NCBI GenBank assembly: GCA_973895155.1
Contig: OZ316891.1
Span: 31,131,112 to 31,195,111 of the forward strand
Source: Marsupella aquatica
Lineage: Eukaryota > Plantae > Marchantiophyta
Direction of reading: 5' to 3'
Length of the DNA stretch: 64,000 nucleotides
Shown here piece by piece: positions 19,918 to 32,859 of the stretch (within the stretch, counting starts at the first letter, position 1; each line of letters opens with the position of its first letter). The notes beneath the pieces were generated by a model. The model was not told where the DNA came from and made no database searches. It saw nothing but the letters and a program-made list of their open reading frames with translations. The position numbers were made by a program, and so were the translations under genes.

Positions 19918-22900
19918 CACTGCCTTTGCATCATCCCACAAGGATATCACGCCATGATAATAAGCTTTGGCAGCGTGAAAGGTTACGAACCAGACTTTCA
20001 GGAGCCAGTAGGATGAGATGTCCTTGTGCAATCTGCCAAGGATCCCGTACCAGGGGTCTGAATAAGGTTTGGCGGCATATCGCGGTTCATGGAAGAGATC
20101 CATGACATCGAGTTTGGAATGATCCTGTAGAGGAAGATTCTTCCGACGAGGAGTGGAGGTTAGAATTTGATGCTGCCAATGCTGCAAGACGGGCAAGTGA
20201 GGTTCTGCCTGGTGCATTTGAAAATTTTGTAGCTGGTCTCTGTGGGTTGTCAGCTCTCCAACGGGATGGTGCTCAGGCAGCACCACGTGACGAAGGAATT
20301 CATGTGGAAGAGATGGTGAGAGACATCTTCCAAGACTTGGATGCATTTCATGATGGGCTGGACAATGAAGAGGATACGGCTGCAGATGCAAGTGTGCCCC
20401 CTGTCGAAGAGCCTCTTGATGAGTTTGAGATAGGGTAGGAAACCCCTGGGCATGATGGGATGTTTGGCTCTCCCCTGCAAATACAGGAAGGCAGGAAGTC
20501 TTTGTACCCCGGTAGCAAATGTTCTAAACTGGGATTTGTCATCATGTTCCTGAACATTTGCGGCAACCACAATGTCCCCAACATTTTGGTTTCTGAGTTG
20601 TTGGCATTCTTGCGAACAACTGTGCTACCAGATGGTAATATTTTGCCCAAGAACATGTACGAGGCAAAAAGATGCATATCTAATCTTGGATTGAACTATG
20701 ATTCGATCCATGCCTGTCCTGATGGGCATGTTCTTTTCAGAAAGGAGTATAAAGAATCGTTGACATGCCCTAAGTGTGGGAAGCACAGGTATCGGAACTC
20801 AGGAAAGTCTATGGTTCCCGCCAAGGTACTTCGTCATTTTCCACTCATTCCCAGACTTCAGCGGATGTTCAGAAGCCGTGCCATCTCGGAGATGATGACT
20901 TGGGCAACTGACAAGAAAAGTGATGATGGGCTACAACGACATGCTGCAGATTCAAGGCAATGGAAACTCATAGATGAGATGTATCCCAAATTTGCTGCTG
21001 AGCCGAGGAATGTCAGACTTGGGCTGTCATTGGATGGGGTAAACCCATTTGGAGACAAGAACAACAAATTTTCGTGCTGGCCTGTAACTATTTTGAATTA
21101 TAACCTTCCTCCTTGGATGACTACAAAGCAATTTTTTGTTCTGATGGTCCTACTGATACCAGGGCCAGACAGTGTTGTATCTGCCAACATAGATGTGTTT
21201 CTGGCTCCCCTAGTGGAGGAATTGAGAAAGCTTTGGGAGGAAGGAGTTCTCACATATGATGTCCTACAGAGGCTTGGGAGGTTAAACCCATTCATCCTTA
21301 GAGCCATTGTCATTCTGACTATAGCTGACTACCCAGCCCATGGGATGATATCAGGCCAAACAACAAAAGGATATTGTGCTTGTACTATCTGTGGGCGCAA
21401 TGTCACCAGTGAGTACTCCAGAGCCCTGCAGAAAGTGATATACATGGGCCATCGTCGTTTTCTGAAGGCAGATCACCCTTACAGAGAAAGACAGGCACTG
21501 ATTGCACACTTTGGCAATGAGATTGAGCAACGTGGACCCCCGGCACGAGTGACCAAAGAGGAGATCAGGCAGTGGGGAGCACTGAGGGATGACTATATCA
21601 AACGAGGGGGCAGGGAAGATGGAGTGAGTGATCCAATAAAGCGATATGGTGTAAAAAGACTAAGCATATTGGACTTGGAGCTCAAGTACTGGAGGGTAAG
21701 CCTCTTGGAGTTGATGCTAATTGGGATACATGTTTTGGTTCAGAGCATGTGCATTCATTTCGAAGAGAGAGACTAAACTTGAGGCATTTCCTGACGCTTT
21801 TGCATTGCAACGATGCAGGAGTTTGAGCCAAGCAAACATAACATTGATGTTATGCACATTGAAAAGAATATTTGTGAGAGTCTACTCAGATTCTTGTGTG
21901 GAGAGAAAGACACTGGTTCAGTGAGATTGGATCTTGAACAGAGGGGAATGAAACCCCATCTTTGGTTGAGGCCACATGCCCACAGAGCTGATGTGCTCTT
22001 GAAGTACCAAGCGCCCTATGTTCTGACAGACACAGAGTGGGAACTATTTGTGCAGAGGTTGAGTTCTTTGAAGGTTCCTTCAAACTATGGCAGTGCTTTC
22101 AAGAAGCATATCATGACTAGAAAGCTTGGTAGTATGAAAAGCCATGACTACCATATGTTGATGCAACAGGTGTTGCCTTTATGCCTGAGGGGCCTGTTGC
22201 AGAAGCCTGTTCGTACTGTGATCATGCGACTCAGTGATGTGTTTCGTCGTATTTGTGTGAAGGTTTGGGATGAAACACACTTCCCACAACTGACAGAAGA
22301 TGTCGCTCAGGTGCTGTGTGACCTGGAGATTTATTTTCCTCCCGCATTTTTTGATGTCATGACCCACCTACTTGTCCATGTTGTGGAAGAGCTACACCAA
22401 TTTGGGCCTATGAGTGCTCGTTGGTTGTACCCTTTGGAACGGTACATGAAGCTACTCAAAGGTCACGTGAGAACATATTACAAACCTGAAGCAAGCATGG
22501 CTAAAGGTTACATCAAGGATGAGACTCTGGGATTTCTGACCAAATACATAGCACAATATGAGCATGTGAAGACCAGGGTGTGGAATTCTGATGAGGAGGA
22601 AGGGGTGATAGGTGAAGTACTGGAAGGGGCTACAACCACAAAGAACCTGACCATATCTATGAGAGACTTGGCACATGACTTTGTATTGCACAACACTGTG
22701 GTGATGGAACCCTGGATACAGTGAGTGCATACATGTGCTATAATCCAGTTCATGAGCTTAAATGTTGTGTTCGTGTGGTTTTCTCCTTCAGCCTGTTCAT
22801 GTTTACCCAAGCTAATGCTGTGTGGTTGTTCGTTCAGGGAGTATGAGTCATTGAAGGCGGCCCATCCCACTACAGGAACAACTTTTCCAGGTTTCATGGA

Positions 22901-23603
22901 GTGGATCAGAGTGGCAATTAGAGAGCATCACGAGACCCACCCAGACATGGATGCAGATGTTTACCTACTGTCTAATGCCCCTAGCCTGAAAGTGAAGACT
23001 TACAAACGGATGAGAGCATATGGGAATCACTTCCGAGTGAAGGATGGTGACAGTGCCTACAGGGTGACGAATGACTGCGGGCTCATCACTGTATTTGAGC
23101 AACAGAGCCACAATCACGATAGGGCCTGGATGGAGATGGGATATGTGGGAGAATTAGTTGACATATGGGCTCTGGACTATGGGGCGGTGTCCAGTCCTGT
23201 GATTCTTATGAAAGGTTCATGGGTGCGGCAGGATTGGCTTGGTAACAGGGCTACCATGAAGAGAGACAACGACGGTTTCTTGCTGGCCAATTTCAGAGGG
23301 AAATTGCCCGAATGGTCTGAGCCATTTGTGTTTCCTAGTCAGGTGGAGCAAGCTTTCTTCCTGGATGTGGAAGACTCCCCAGGTTGGCGTGTAGTGTGTC
23401 ATAAACAGGCCAGGCAACGTCGGATGGAAGGATCAAACCTTGAGTTTCATTTACACTCTCATAGTGCCTTTGATCGTCGGCGTTCAGACCAAGTGCCTGT
23501 AGTTCATGATAGCGGGGACTTCATTCCTGTGACAAGGGTAGATGCATTTGCTGAAGGAGGCGAATTCAGAGATGCAGATGCCAACAGTGTGCCTGTGCCA
23601 TGA
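19918..23603 (+). pseudogene. CACTA1 TnpD/Tnp2 transposase (3 exons, in-frame stops)
   Basis: CPCAIC..H..HG N-terminal module, RNVRLGLSLDGVNPF, YNLPPW, IDVMHIEKN, KSHDYH, FFDVMTHL, YPLER, EPFVFPSQVEQ. Introns 21696-21818 and 22721-22837; stops at 20103 and 20436. Confidence 0.92.
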
Positions 23604-23759
23604 GTAATGTGAATTGTTTGCATGGACATTAGTGAGGGGAAGGATGTGTAATAAAGTAATTCTGAAGCAACACAGATGTATGGATGGATGCCTGGTGATT
23701 GTGGTTGCATTGTGTTATACGGGGTGACCATAGATGACATGTTTTTGTGGTCCAGTAGG

Positions 23760-26700
23760 ATGGAACAGAGTGACACAGAGATGTGTGAGTATGAAAGGAA
23801 AGCTATGGAACAACAAGCATACGTGAAAGCCAAAATCGCAGAACTGGATCTGGAAAAGGATGTGGCTGAATTGTAAGGGAACGATTCTCAACTACACCCC
23901 TCCGCTGAGTTTGTGTGACATGAATAGTTCAATATGGCACTGAAATTGTGACTGTATTCTCATATTGGAATGTCGCAGAGCCACAGCATTTTCAAAGAAA
24001 CAAAAGGAGTACGCAAGAAGGGTGACCAGCACTATCTCTGGGCCTGTGCGTCGGAGTGACAGGTTGAGCAAGAAGGTCGTACCTACAATGGCAGAATGTG
24101 GAGATGACATTGATGCTGCACAGGTGGGTGCAGACACTAGACAAGAAGATGCAGATGATGAGTATTTTCCAGAGGAAATGGATGAGGATGGGGGTTATGA
24201 AGATGAATACATTGCAGAGCAGCCCCAAAAGAAACATGTAAGTAGTTTTCCCAACAAGGTTTTGAGTTAAAAACTCTTGTTTAGAGGTTTCATATGTTCA
24301 GTACTACACATATGTACCTTGCTTAGTTCCTGACATTGTAGTTGGTGATGTGATGCAGCGTCCTACCAGTTCTGTTTTGCCTTCGAAGCCTGTGCATGCA
24401 CCATACCAGCAGGGGGCTGACCTCTGATCAAGGTTGGCGAGGTGGTAGTAGTGGTAGATCCCAGGCTGGTGCCCAATACTATGGCAGGGGGCAAGCTCTA
24501 GGTTATGCCCGTGGTAGAGGCAGAGCAGGTCCAAACCCACAATCTCGTGGGTATGGACGTCCACCTCAACCATGGGGATGTGAGTATATATCTATATGCC
24601 AGTTCTTTGTGAAGGCATGGCACTCCTGAATTTCAGACTGCATATCAATTTTTGACATTGTTTGGGATGTATTGGATTCAGACAACATGAAATTCTGTCC
24701 ACCTGCCATTGCATGCAAATTCTGCCCAACCTGATTGGGCAAATGCTAGTAATGATCAGTTCCAATGTCCACAAGGACAGACATGGGTTGAACCAGGTTG
24801 GGAGGATGGTGGTGGGTCGTGGAATGAACAAGGTTGGGAAGGTGGTGAAGGTAATTGGCAGGGATATCAAAATTCAGTACCTACAAACGCTGGAAGAGGA
24901 GCAGGTAATGTCTGATCTTGTCAGCAATGGAAGAACTCATTATATGTGGAGTCCATTCACGTGGGGGGGACTCTGCACATGTATAATGATAGAAAATGTA
25001 TGTGTGCAGGTTGGACAGTCGAACCATCGACTCAAGTATTCACTAATGCCCCTATGCAGATGCAGCACGGAAGGGGGACAGGTATGTCGGTGAATGTTCA
25101 GTTGTTTTCCTACAGTTTGTACTTAGTTTTCAGTACATATGTTTGCACACACATACCTAGAAAGTGACATCATTCGGCCCCTGTACTAGGCTGGACAGGT
25201 GGTCCAGGGTCGCAACAATTTCAGAGTGCAGTCCCTGCACAGGCATCTACAGGCAGAGCTACAGGTATGTATGTTTGAAGAATTTTTCTTGAAGTGAAGC
25301 ATTGAATGTTGCCGTCATCCATTCTGCTATATGTAGTTCTCAAGCATGAATGGCATTGTATTTTCCCAGGTGGCTTCAGAACCCCAGGTAGGGTGAATGA
25401 AGGGGTGGCCAATACAACGCCCAGTACTACCGAGAGCAGTGCACGAGGGGAGGTGACAAAGAAAGGGAACGTAAAGTTGAATGAGAGACAATGGGTGGAT
25501 GCTGAGTGTCCTCGCAAGAACCGATGGCATGCTGATTTGAAAGCTGAAGTATTGCGTTGGTTAGATGTGAGTGTTATTAATTTTAAAAAACAGCATCCAA
25601 AAGATTGGAAGACTGTATGTGAAAATGTTGCTGCCAAATGGAATTATGTGGGCAGTGATGATGGCGTGGACATAGGTTGCCTAGAGAGTACAGCAGGTAA
25701 AATTATCAAGCAAGAGAGGTGGAGAATGCATAAGGCTTGGAAGGAAGGTGGGGAGAAGCCAGATATGCCTCCACCAGCCAGTTGTGATGATAAAGTGTGG
25801 GCAAGGTTAGTAGCTTATTTTGTAACAGATGCTTCAAAAAAGAAGAGTTCACAGATGACCGAGGCCAGGTTGAGTGTTCAGAACCCTAATCTGACAGGAA
25901 GGACCGGCACTGCACCGACAGCTAAACGTTTGGTAAGAATGAATGGCCTAGCTATGTAATTTATGCTACACTATGTACTATTTTTTAGTGTAAACCCATA
26001 CATGTAAACTTTGTTTTTTAGTGTACGTTCCCTGAATATTGATCGATAACTTGTGTTTACCATGCATGTGCAGAAAGCCCAATTGGGGCAAAGCCCTTCA
26101 AAAGAAGAGTTGAGGGCTGAAATTGTGAACACCCGGGCTCAAGAGGGTGCATCTGAATCCTCCAAGCATGTAAGTTATATGAGTTCTGATTGGTAATTGA
26201 ATGACCTGCGTTGAATTTCAGGTGTACACTGTATATAACATTGATTGTGCATATATTGCCCAACATTTCATATGGAGTGATTGAACCTATACCTCTGTGT
26301 CATGTAGGGAGGTGGATCTTCACTTACAGAGATAAGTGGTCGTTTGAAGGCTGTCGAAACATGTCTTCCAGAGATCAATGAACGTTTGAATTCATTGACT
26401 GACTTGTTCCATGTGAACTTCAAGACATTAATGGAAGCTGTTGTGTCGGTGAGAGATAAAATTGATTCCAATTCTGCAGGAGTTCCACCATCACCACTTG
26501 AGGTGGCAAAGTCGATGCACTCTTCTGGCATGCCAACGACATGTAGGCTTGAAGGTAAGGCCTTTACAACTGTGTGGGATATGATTATTAAATGTATAGT
26601 TTGAATTGACATTGTTTGTTGAATGTGTTATTTTCAGTAACATATATTGTGGTTGTTGTGTCCATAGAGAATAAGACAGGTGCTACAGAGAAGAAGTATG

Positions 26701-27464
26701 AGAACCTGGCAAATACTCGCTGTAATTTAGAGGCAACAAAGTTGCAGTCTGTACAAGCAACTTGTTTGACAGAGGGCAGTCAACCATGTTTGGATGAGGA
26801 TGACATTGGCAAGGGAGTGGATGATATCAATGTTGGGGCAAATGAGGATATCAGCAAGCATGACAATGATACCATTGAGCCAGATTCATGCTATGTAGAT
26901 CTTGACTCCATTGCAGAGATAAATGATTTGCAGAATGTATCATTCTCAATGACAGGTGTGCCTCTTGTTGAGATAAATCCAACCAAAGAGTTAGTTGGTA
27001 TGACACTCCCAGGTGATGAACCTGCTACTGTGACAGTCCTAACAGAGGAACCTATTGAGCCTAGCTTCACTACTGTGAAGAGAGGAAGCATGCGCACACG
27101 AAGCAAGTCTGCTGGTGGGAGCAGAGCCACGTCAAAGGTTTCATACAAACCTCCAAGAACAGTGCTGGCAGAAAGATCTAAGGTGGAAGTGGGGAAAGCA
27201 CCTAATGCTGAGGGACAAAGTGGCTTGTTAGCTGTTGATGAGGGTGGAACACGAGTAGGATTTGCCAGAGTGCAGGTTGGTTCCACAACGTTCCATGGCA
27301 AGAGGATTCCCCCAGGTTATTCAGTAGTGTTAGTCACATTACTAGTGAAACCTAAAGCTGTCCTTCCCATTCCAAACACAAATGATGATCCTCCTCAAAA
27401 GACACTTGGAGATGCTGCAGGTTCTTTGGTATTATGGCCAAGCAAGTTCATAGAGGATCCATAA
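23760..27464 (+). pseudogene. CACTA1 TnpA/Tnp1-like multi-exon gene, probably disrupted
   Basis: Ptta/En-Spm-like motif PPPASCDDKVWARLVAYF..KKSSQMTEAR..TGRTG (25306-25959) and C-terminal FHGKRIPPGYSVV..LPIP..TLGDAAGSLVLWP domain. Many short GT-AG exons; full structure not resolved. Confidence 0.75.
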
Positions 27465-27964
27465 CAATGTCATGCCATTATTTGTTTGTAGTGTGAGTCA
27501 TGTTATGTAGATTTTAGATGTCAAGAAGCAGTACAAGAATCATGTCCTCTTGGTGATTCATAGTATCATGCATGTGCTTTCAGTTATCTCATCCTACAGT
27601 CATCAATTATGAGTTCCTGTTTTGTCTAAATTACATTGATCACATTGTAAACTATTCCATTGGAATTCAAATGATCTTCATTTTTTAGCAAGATTGTGAT
27701 TGTGTTTAATTCTTATGAATGTTTTATGTAGGATCTGCTTATATGATGCTTTGTTTCATGTGGATGTCATTCATGCTATGTTCATTTCTTGTATTCAATG
27801 TGTTATATTTCTAAAGTTAGAACATCAGGTTTCTATGTATTGTAATGTCGAGTGCTCTCTCTCCTTATGAACTGTCCCTCTGTGTTCATTAGTCATGGTT
27901 ATAACTTGCATGTGAACCTTATTAGTTATAAACATGAGTATATAGAGTCCCAAATGGTTCTGTT

Positions 27965-28319
27965 GTGTGACGCGGGCCAGGGTCTCCATTGGTCTCTCCT
28001 GTGACACTAAATAGTCACACGCTAGTCGTTGTTGAATGCGGGTAAGTCATGTATGTGACTTACGATGTGACTCGCTGAAGTCATATTGCAGTCACGTCTA
28101 AACAAGGCTAGACTCCACAATAAAGTCACAGATCAGTCACAAATGGGTATCAAGCAAGTTGCAAAGCCCAGTATCAATAGTGACTTCCATTTTTTGGTCT
28201 CAACTTTTGCAACTCCAAGGGTCACAGCGTGGGTCAAGTCACGTTGAGTCACAATGAAGTCACATGAGCCAAAATGAGTCATATATTGCGGTCTCAGTTC
28301 ACCTCGGATTCTTCTAGTG
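27965..28319. repeat. CACTA1 3' subterminal repeats and TIR
   Basis: Dense direct and inverted AGTCAC/GTGACT motifs ending in TTCTAGTG, followed by ACG (predicted 3-bp TSD). Confidence 0.85.
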
Positions 28320-28854
28320 ACGTGGACTTAAACAATTTTCAGAGTGCTAAAACATGTGGACTATTTATATGCAGTTTGATGAACTCCTCATGTATACACA
28401 CTCTACGACAGTGCATTGCGGATTGAGGCAATTAATTTTGAGAAATCAACTTTACTATCTTTTCCAGGGTAGGATTCCGATTTTCATGCATGTGCTTTGA
28501 GTGTGATGTCTAAACTTCACTTGTAAATTTGTCACTGATGTCACAAACGTTACTTATTCCAGACCTGTCTGCTCACATTCCTAATAGGCAAACAAATACT
28601 GGAAATGATGAAGGCACAAAGATTTACGTTCATAGTATCATTTTGATGACACTGTATGTGATGCTCTATTTGTATGCAAGAAGGAGAAGGTGCCCCACTA
28701 CAGTGGATTTGAGAAACTGGGCTCTGTGGGTTTGAGCAATTGGACTGTGGTTGGCATCGGTTGTACAACTGTGACGGTAGGCCCAATTTTGTATGCATGT
28801 CACACTGATTCAGTTTGAAAATCATAGTTTGAATACAATTTCAATCAAGCTAGC

Positions 28855-31800
28855 ATGGCACAATTGCCACAAAATACGTTAGGTGTGGGTAGAACTCCAA
28901 AGTTGCCGCTCTTCCATCCAGCTAGAGTACAACATCGTGATGATGCTTTGTGGGTTCGAGAACAGAAGGCCTGCCACAAGAGTGGGGACCATAAGATGTA
29001 CTGCCCTTGTGTGAACTGCAAAGGGAATTATAGGACTAATCGGAATACTGCTAGACTGCACCTTATTAAACATGGTCGGTACCCTGCATGTCGAGTGTGG
29101 GTGGGAGAGGGACAAGACTCTTCTGATGAAGAGTGGGGTGCTGACTACATGTCACAACATGGCCCTGAGGCATTGAGGGTAGCAAACCTTCAGCAGGCAA
29201 CCTGTGCACAACAACCAACTGTAGATGTTGAAGAACATTTATTTGTAGACGTTCCATAGTATCCAACTGTGGATGTTCCAGAGTATCCAACTGTGGATGT
29301 TCCGGAGTATCCAACTGTGGATGTTCAAGAACATCCAACTATAGATGTCGAAGAACATATCAGGGCTCTACTAGAAGAAACGTTGCTGAGAACCAGTGAA
29401 GAATCCCCTGAACATGAACTAGATGATCAGGACCGTTTTGACTTGGATTTTGTACTTGGGGATGATGAGAGTGAAGAAGGTGCCCATCCTGTAAACCCCC
29501 TTGAAACCTCTGAAACTCCTGTGGAGACTGATCCTGCACAGTTATCTTTAGATGCAGCAATGCAACCTTTGTTCCCAGGCAGCAAAATAGATGTTGTGTC
29601 ATTCATGTTGCTTCTGCTGAACATCTGTCATGGCCATGGATTCTCAAACAAAGGAGTGAATGCATTGTTGTCTTTGATGGGGGAGCATGGTATGCCTGCA
29701 GAGCATAATCTGCCCGAGAACTTATATGCTGCAAAGCAGCTATTGAGAAAGCTTGGCTTGGATTATGAGAGAATCCCTGTCTGTGAGAAAGGTTGCATGC
29801 TCTTTAGGGGTGAGAATGCCAAGTTAGAAAACTGTTCAGTGTGTCAGCAGCCCAAGATGAAGAGAGTGGGGAATTCATTACAGGCAAGGAAGGTGGTGCG
29901 GTATTTCCCTATAATTCCTAGGTTGAAGAGATTGTATGCCACTGCTGGTACATCTAAACTCATGACTTGGCATCATGAGAATAGAAGCTCAAACAACATG
30001 GTTCGGCACGCAACAGATTCAAAGGCTTGGAAGCATGTGGATACAAATATTGATCGGAAATTTGCAGCTGAACCAAGGAATGTGCGATTTGGGTTGGCAC
30101 TTGATGGGGTGAATCCCTTTGGGAATAATTCCACAGCTTGGTCTACCTGGCCAATACTGTTGTTGAATTACAACTTACCTCCTTGGCTTACCACCAAGAA
30201 GTTCTTTGTCATGCTAGCTATGCTGATTCCAGGACCTGATTCAGTAACAGAGGAACAGCTGGACATAATATTGGGCCCATTCTATGAGGAGCTGGAGCTG
30301 TTGTGGAAGAAAGGAGTGCCCTGCTTTGACAAATTGCCACGCCCAGGATTGTCTCAACACTTCAACCTTAGGGCTGTGCTATTGTGGACAATCAATGATT
30401 ACCCTGCATATGGTTTAATATCTGGACAACAACACTCTGGATACAAAGGATGTGTCATCTGTGGGCCAAAATGTGTGGCACGTGGTTCTAAGCACTTTCA
30501 GAAATTAGAGTACAGTGGCCACCGTCGATGGTTAGCAGCAAGGCATCTTTTTTGTAGACCAGACAGTGCACAATACTTTGATGGTGCAATTGAGAGTCGA
30601 CCTGCACCGTGTAGAATGACAAGCTCTGATAGAAAGAAGTGGGGAGACGAGATAACAGAATATTTGAAGAAGGGAGGAACCAAGGTTGAGGATGAGAAAT
30701 GCCCCATAAAGGTGCATGGAGTGAAGAGGGCTACTGGTCTGTACAAGTTGCCCTATTGGAATGTAAGACTCCATACTACTACAATGAATTTCTGCAATCT
30801 CTTCATATGACTTTGAAATATATTCTCTTCATATACTTCCTGTAGCCCAGATTTTGTAATAGTTGTATTCAATGCACTAATTTCTGAATTGTGTGTCCAC
30901 TACAGAAACTACTCATTAACCATTGTCTAGATCCCATGCACTGTGAGAAGAATCTTGCACACAACATTGTGCACACTATCATTGGGACCAAGGACACTCC
31001 TTCTGTGAGAGAAGACATGAAGCTCTTACAGGTGCGCCAACACCTATGGCTTGTACCCAATCCAGCTCCCAAGCGTAACGATGACAAATTGTTGATGCCC
31101 CTAGCCCCATATTGCCTGAGCAAGAAGGAAAGAACAAGGTTCTTGGAGGTGTTATTGACCTTGAAAGGGCCCACTGGTTTTTCAAGTTCTTTGGCGAAGT
31201 GTGTTACAAAATCCAAGAAACTCTCTGGGTTGAAATCACATGATTTCCACCAACTCATGCAACAGATTCTCCCTCTGGCAACAATGGGATTACTTGATGA
31301 AGGGGTTCGCTTGGCCATAGCTGGGGTGAGCAATATCTATCGCCAGATCTGTACGAAGGTGTGGGACCCTTCAATGTATGAGAATTTGATGATGGATGTT
31401 GCATTCACTCTCTGCATTTTGGAAATCCATTTTCCACCAAGCTTCTTTGATGTCATGACCCATTTAATGATTCACCTAGTGGAGGAATTAGACTTGTGTG
31501 GCCCAGTTACAGGCAGATGGATATACCCAATAGAGAGGAACCTGAAGGTATTGAAGGGTTATGTACGAAACAAGGCACGTCCAGAGGCTTCTATGGCTGA
31601 AGGCTATGTATTAGATGAGTCTTTGGGATTCCTTTATGAATACATGATTGATGCAAAGGGAGAGGGAAAACGAACCTGGGAGTTGGAGGAGGATGCTGGC
31701 GTTGCAGGCATTGTTTTGGAAGGGGCTGCAAAGGCGATACCTTTGGATTGGTCTGAAATGATGGCCATGCATCATTATATATTGGAGAATGAAGAGACAC

Positions 31801-32769
31801 TGGCTCCATGGTACAGGTACATAAACCCTAAATTATGTTGCCCCATTGTGTTTGTATATTCATGGTGGATCATGCACTAATGTCTTCAATGTTGTTGTTG
31901 CCATGTAGGATATATGATGCTACCAATGAGACTGTTACCAAACGAAGAGTGGATTTCCGGAAGGAATGGATGAGGAAGCTTGCCAATCAAAGAAAACTAG
32001 TGGAATTTCCCGCTGACTGCCAAGAATTGCCACCTTTCAGGGAATGGTTTCAAACATTAGTCAATACCCATAATTTTGAGAAAGAGTCTGAGCGGTCATT
32101 ACTATCTGTATACTCCACACCACCTAGTTTGAAGGCACGACTGGGGCATGCAGAGCCTATGGGCACCATTGGAGGACTATTCCATCCTTGGGGTGTTTGA
32201 GTGATTGTGATTCTGGTGCTTTCAGCACTTTTGATTCTGGGATGGCTTCTACATTCACTGAGAAGCGAGTGGACAGGTCTGGTGCAACCATAGAAGAATC
32301 TGTACAATATGTAGGGGCCTTGACAGATATCTTGGTACTAAATTACGGCAGCTTGAGGAAAGAGGTGATTCTTTTCAAAGGGAAATGGGCAGATCCATCA
32401 TGGACTCCTAAATCCTCTGCCAGTATGAGGTATTCCGAGTTTGGTCTTTGGCAGGTGAATTTCCATAGAGAACTGGGTGTGTCCAAGAAAATGGATTACG
32501 TTTTCCCAAAGCAAGTGGAGCAGGTTTTCTTCCACCCCAATGAGAAGGGGATAGCATGGAGAACAATCCTCCACAAAGAATCCAGGTCCACAAGGGTGTT
32601 AGGTGATTACATAGACTTTGATTTCCATGCTACAATGGAAAACAATGCCAAATTACACATCGAATTGGCTAAGGCCTGTAGGTCTAGAGCAAATCCAGGA
32701 CCATTGACTGGTCCCAAACAAGGTAGAGATGCAGAGGGATCTGCAAGAAAGGGCAGGCATAAGCAGTGA
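28855..32769 (+). pseudogene. CACTA2 TnpD/Tnp2 transposase (3 exons, stop and frameshift)
   Basis: YCPCVNC, RNVRFGLALDGVNPF, YNLPPW, LDPMHCEKN, LKSHDFH, FFDVMTHL. Introns 30763-30905 and 31817-31908; TAG at 29257; frameshift near 32138. Confidence 0.92.
29215..29358 (+). repeat. 24-bp coding tandem repeat (PTVDVPEY) in CACTA2 tnpD
   Basis: About six degenerate copies of ccaactgtggatgttccagagtat. Confidence 0.85.
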
Positions 32770-32859
32770 ATAGGTTTTAGGTGTGTGAAGTCCATAGATG
32801 GACTACATGTATGGACTATATATGAAATCAGACTAATGGTTTACCCATTTGTGCAGTTG

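Larger units (their letters stand above)
5051..28319 (+). mobile_element. CACTA (En/Spm) DNA transposon 1, minimal extent; 5' end not seen in the window; interrupted by the Gypsy element
   Basis: tnpD and tnpA-like genes followed by GTCAC/GTGAC subterminal repeats and the terminus ...GGATTCTTCTAGTG (reverse complement CACTAGAAGAATCC) at 28319. Confidence 0.85.
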
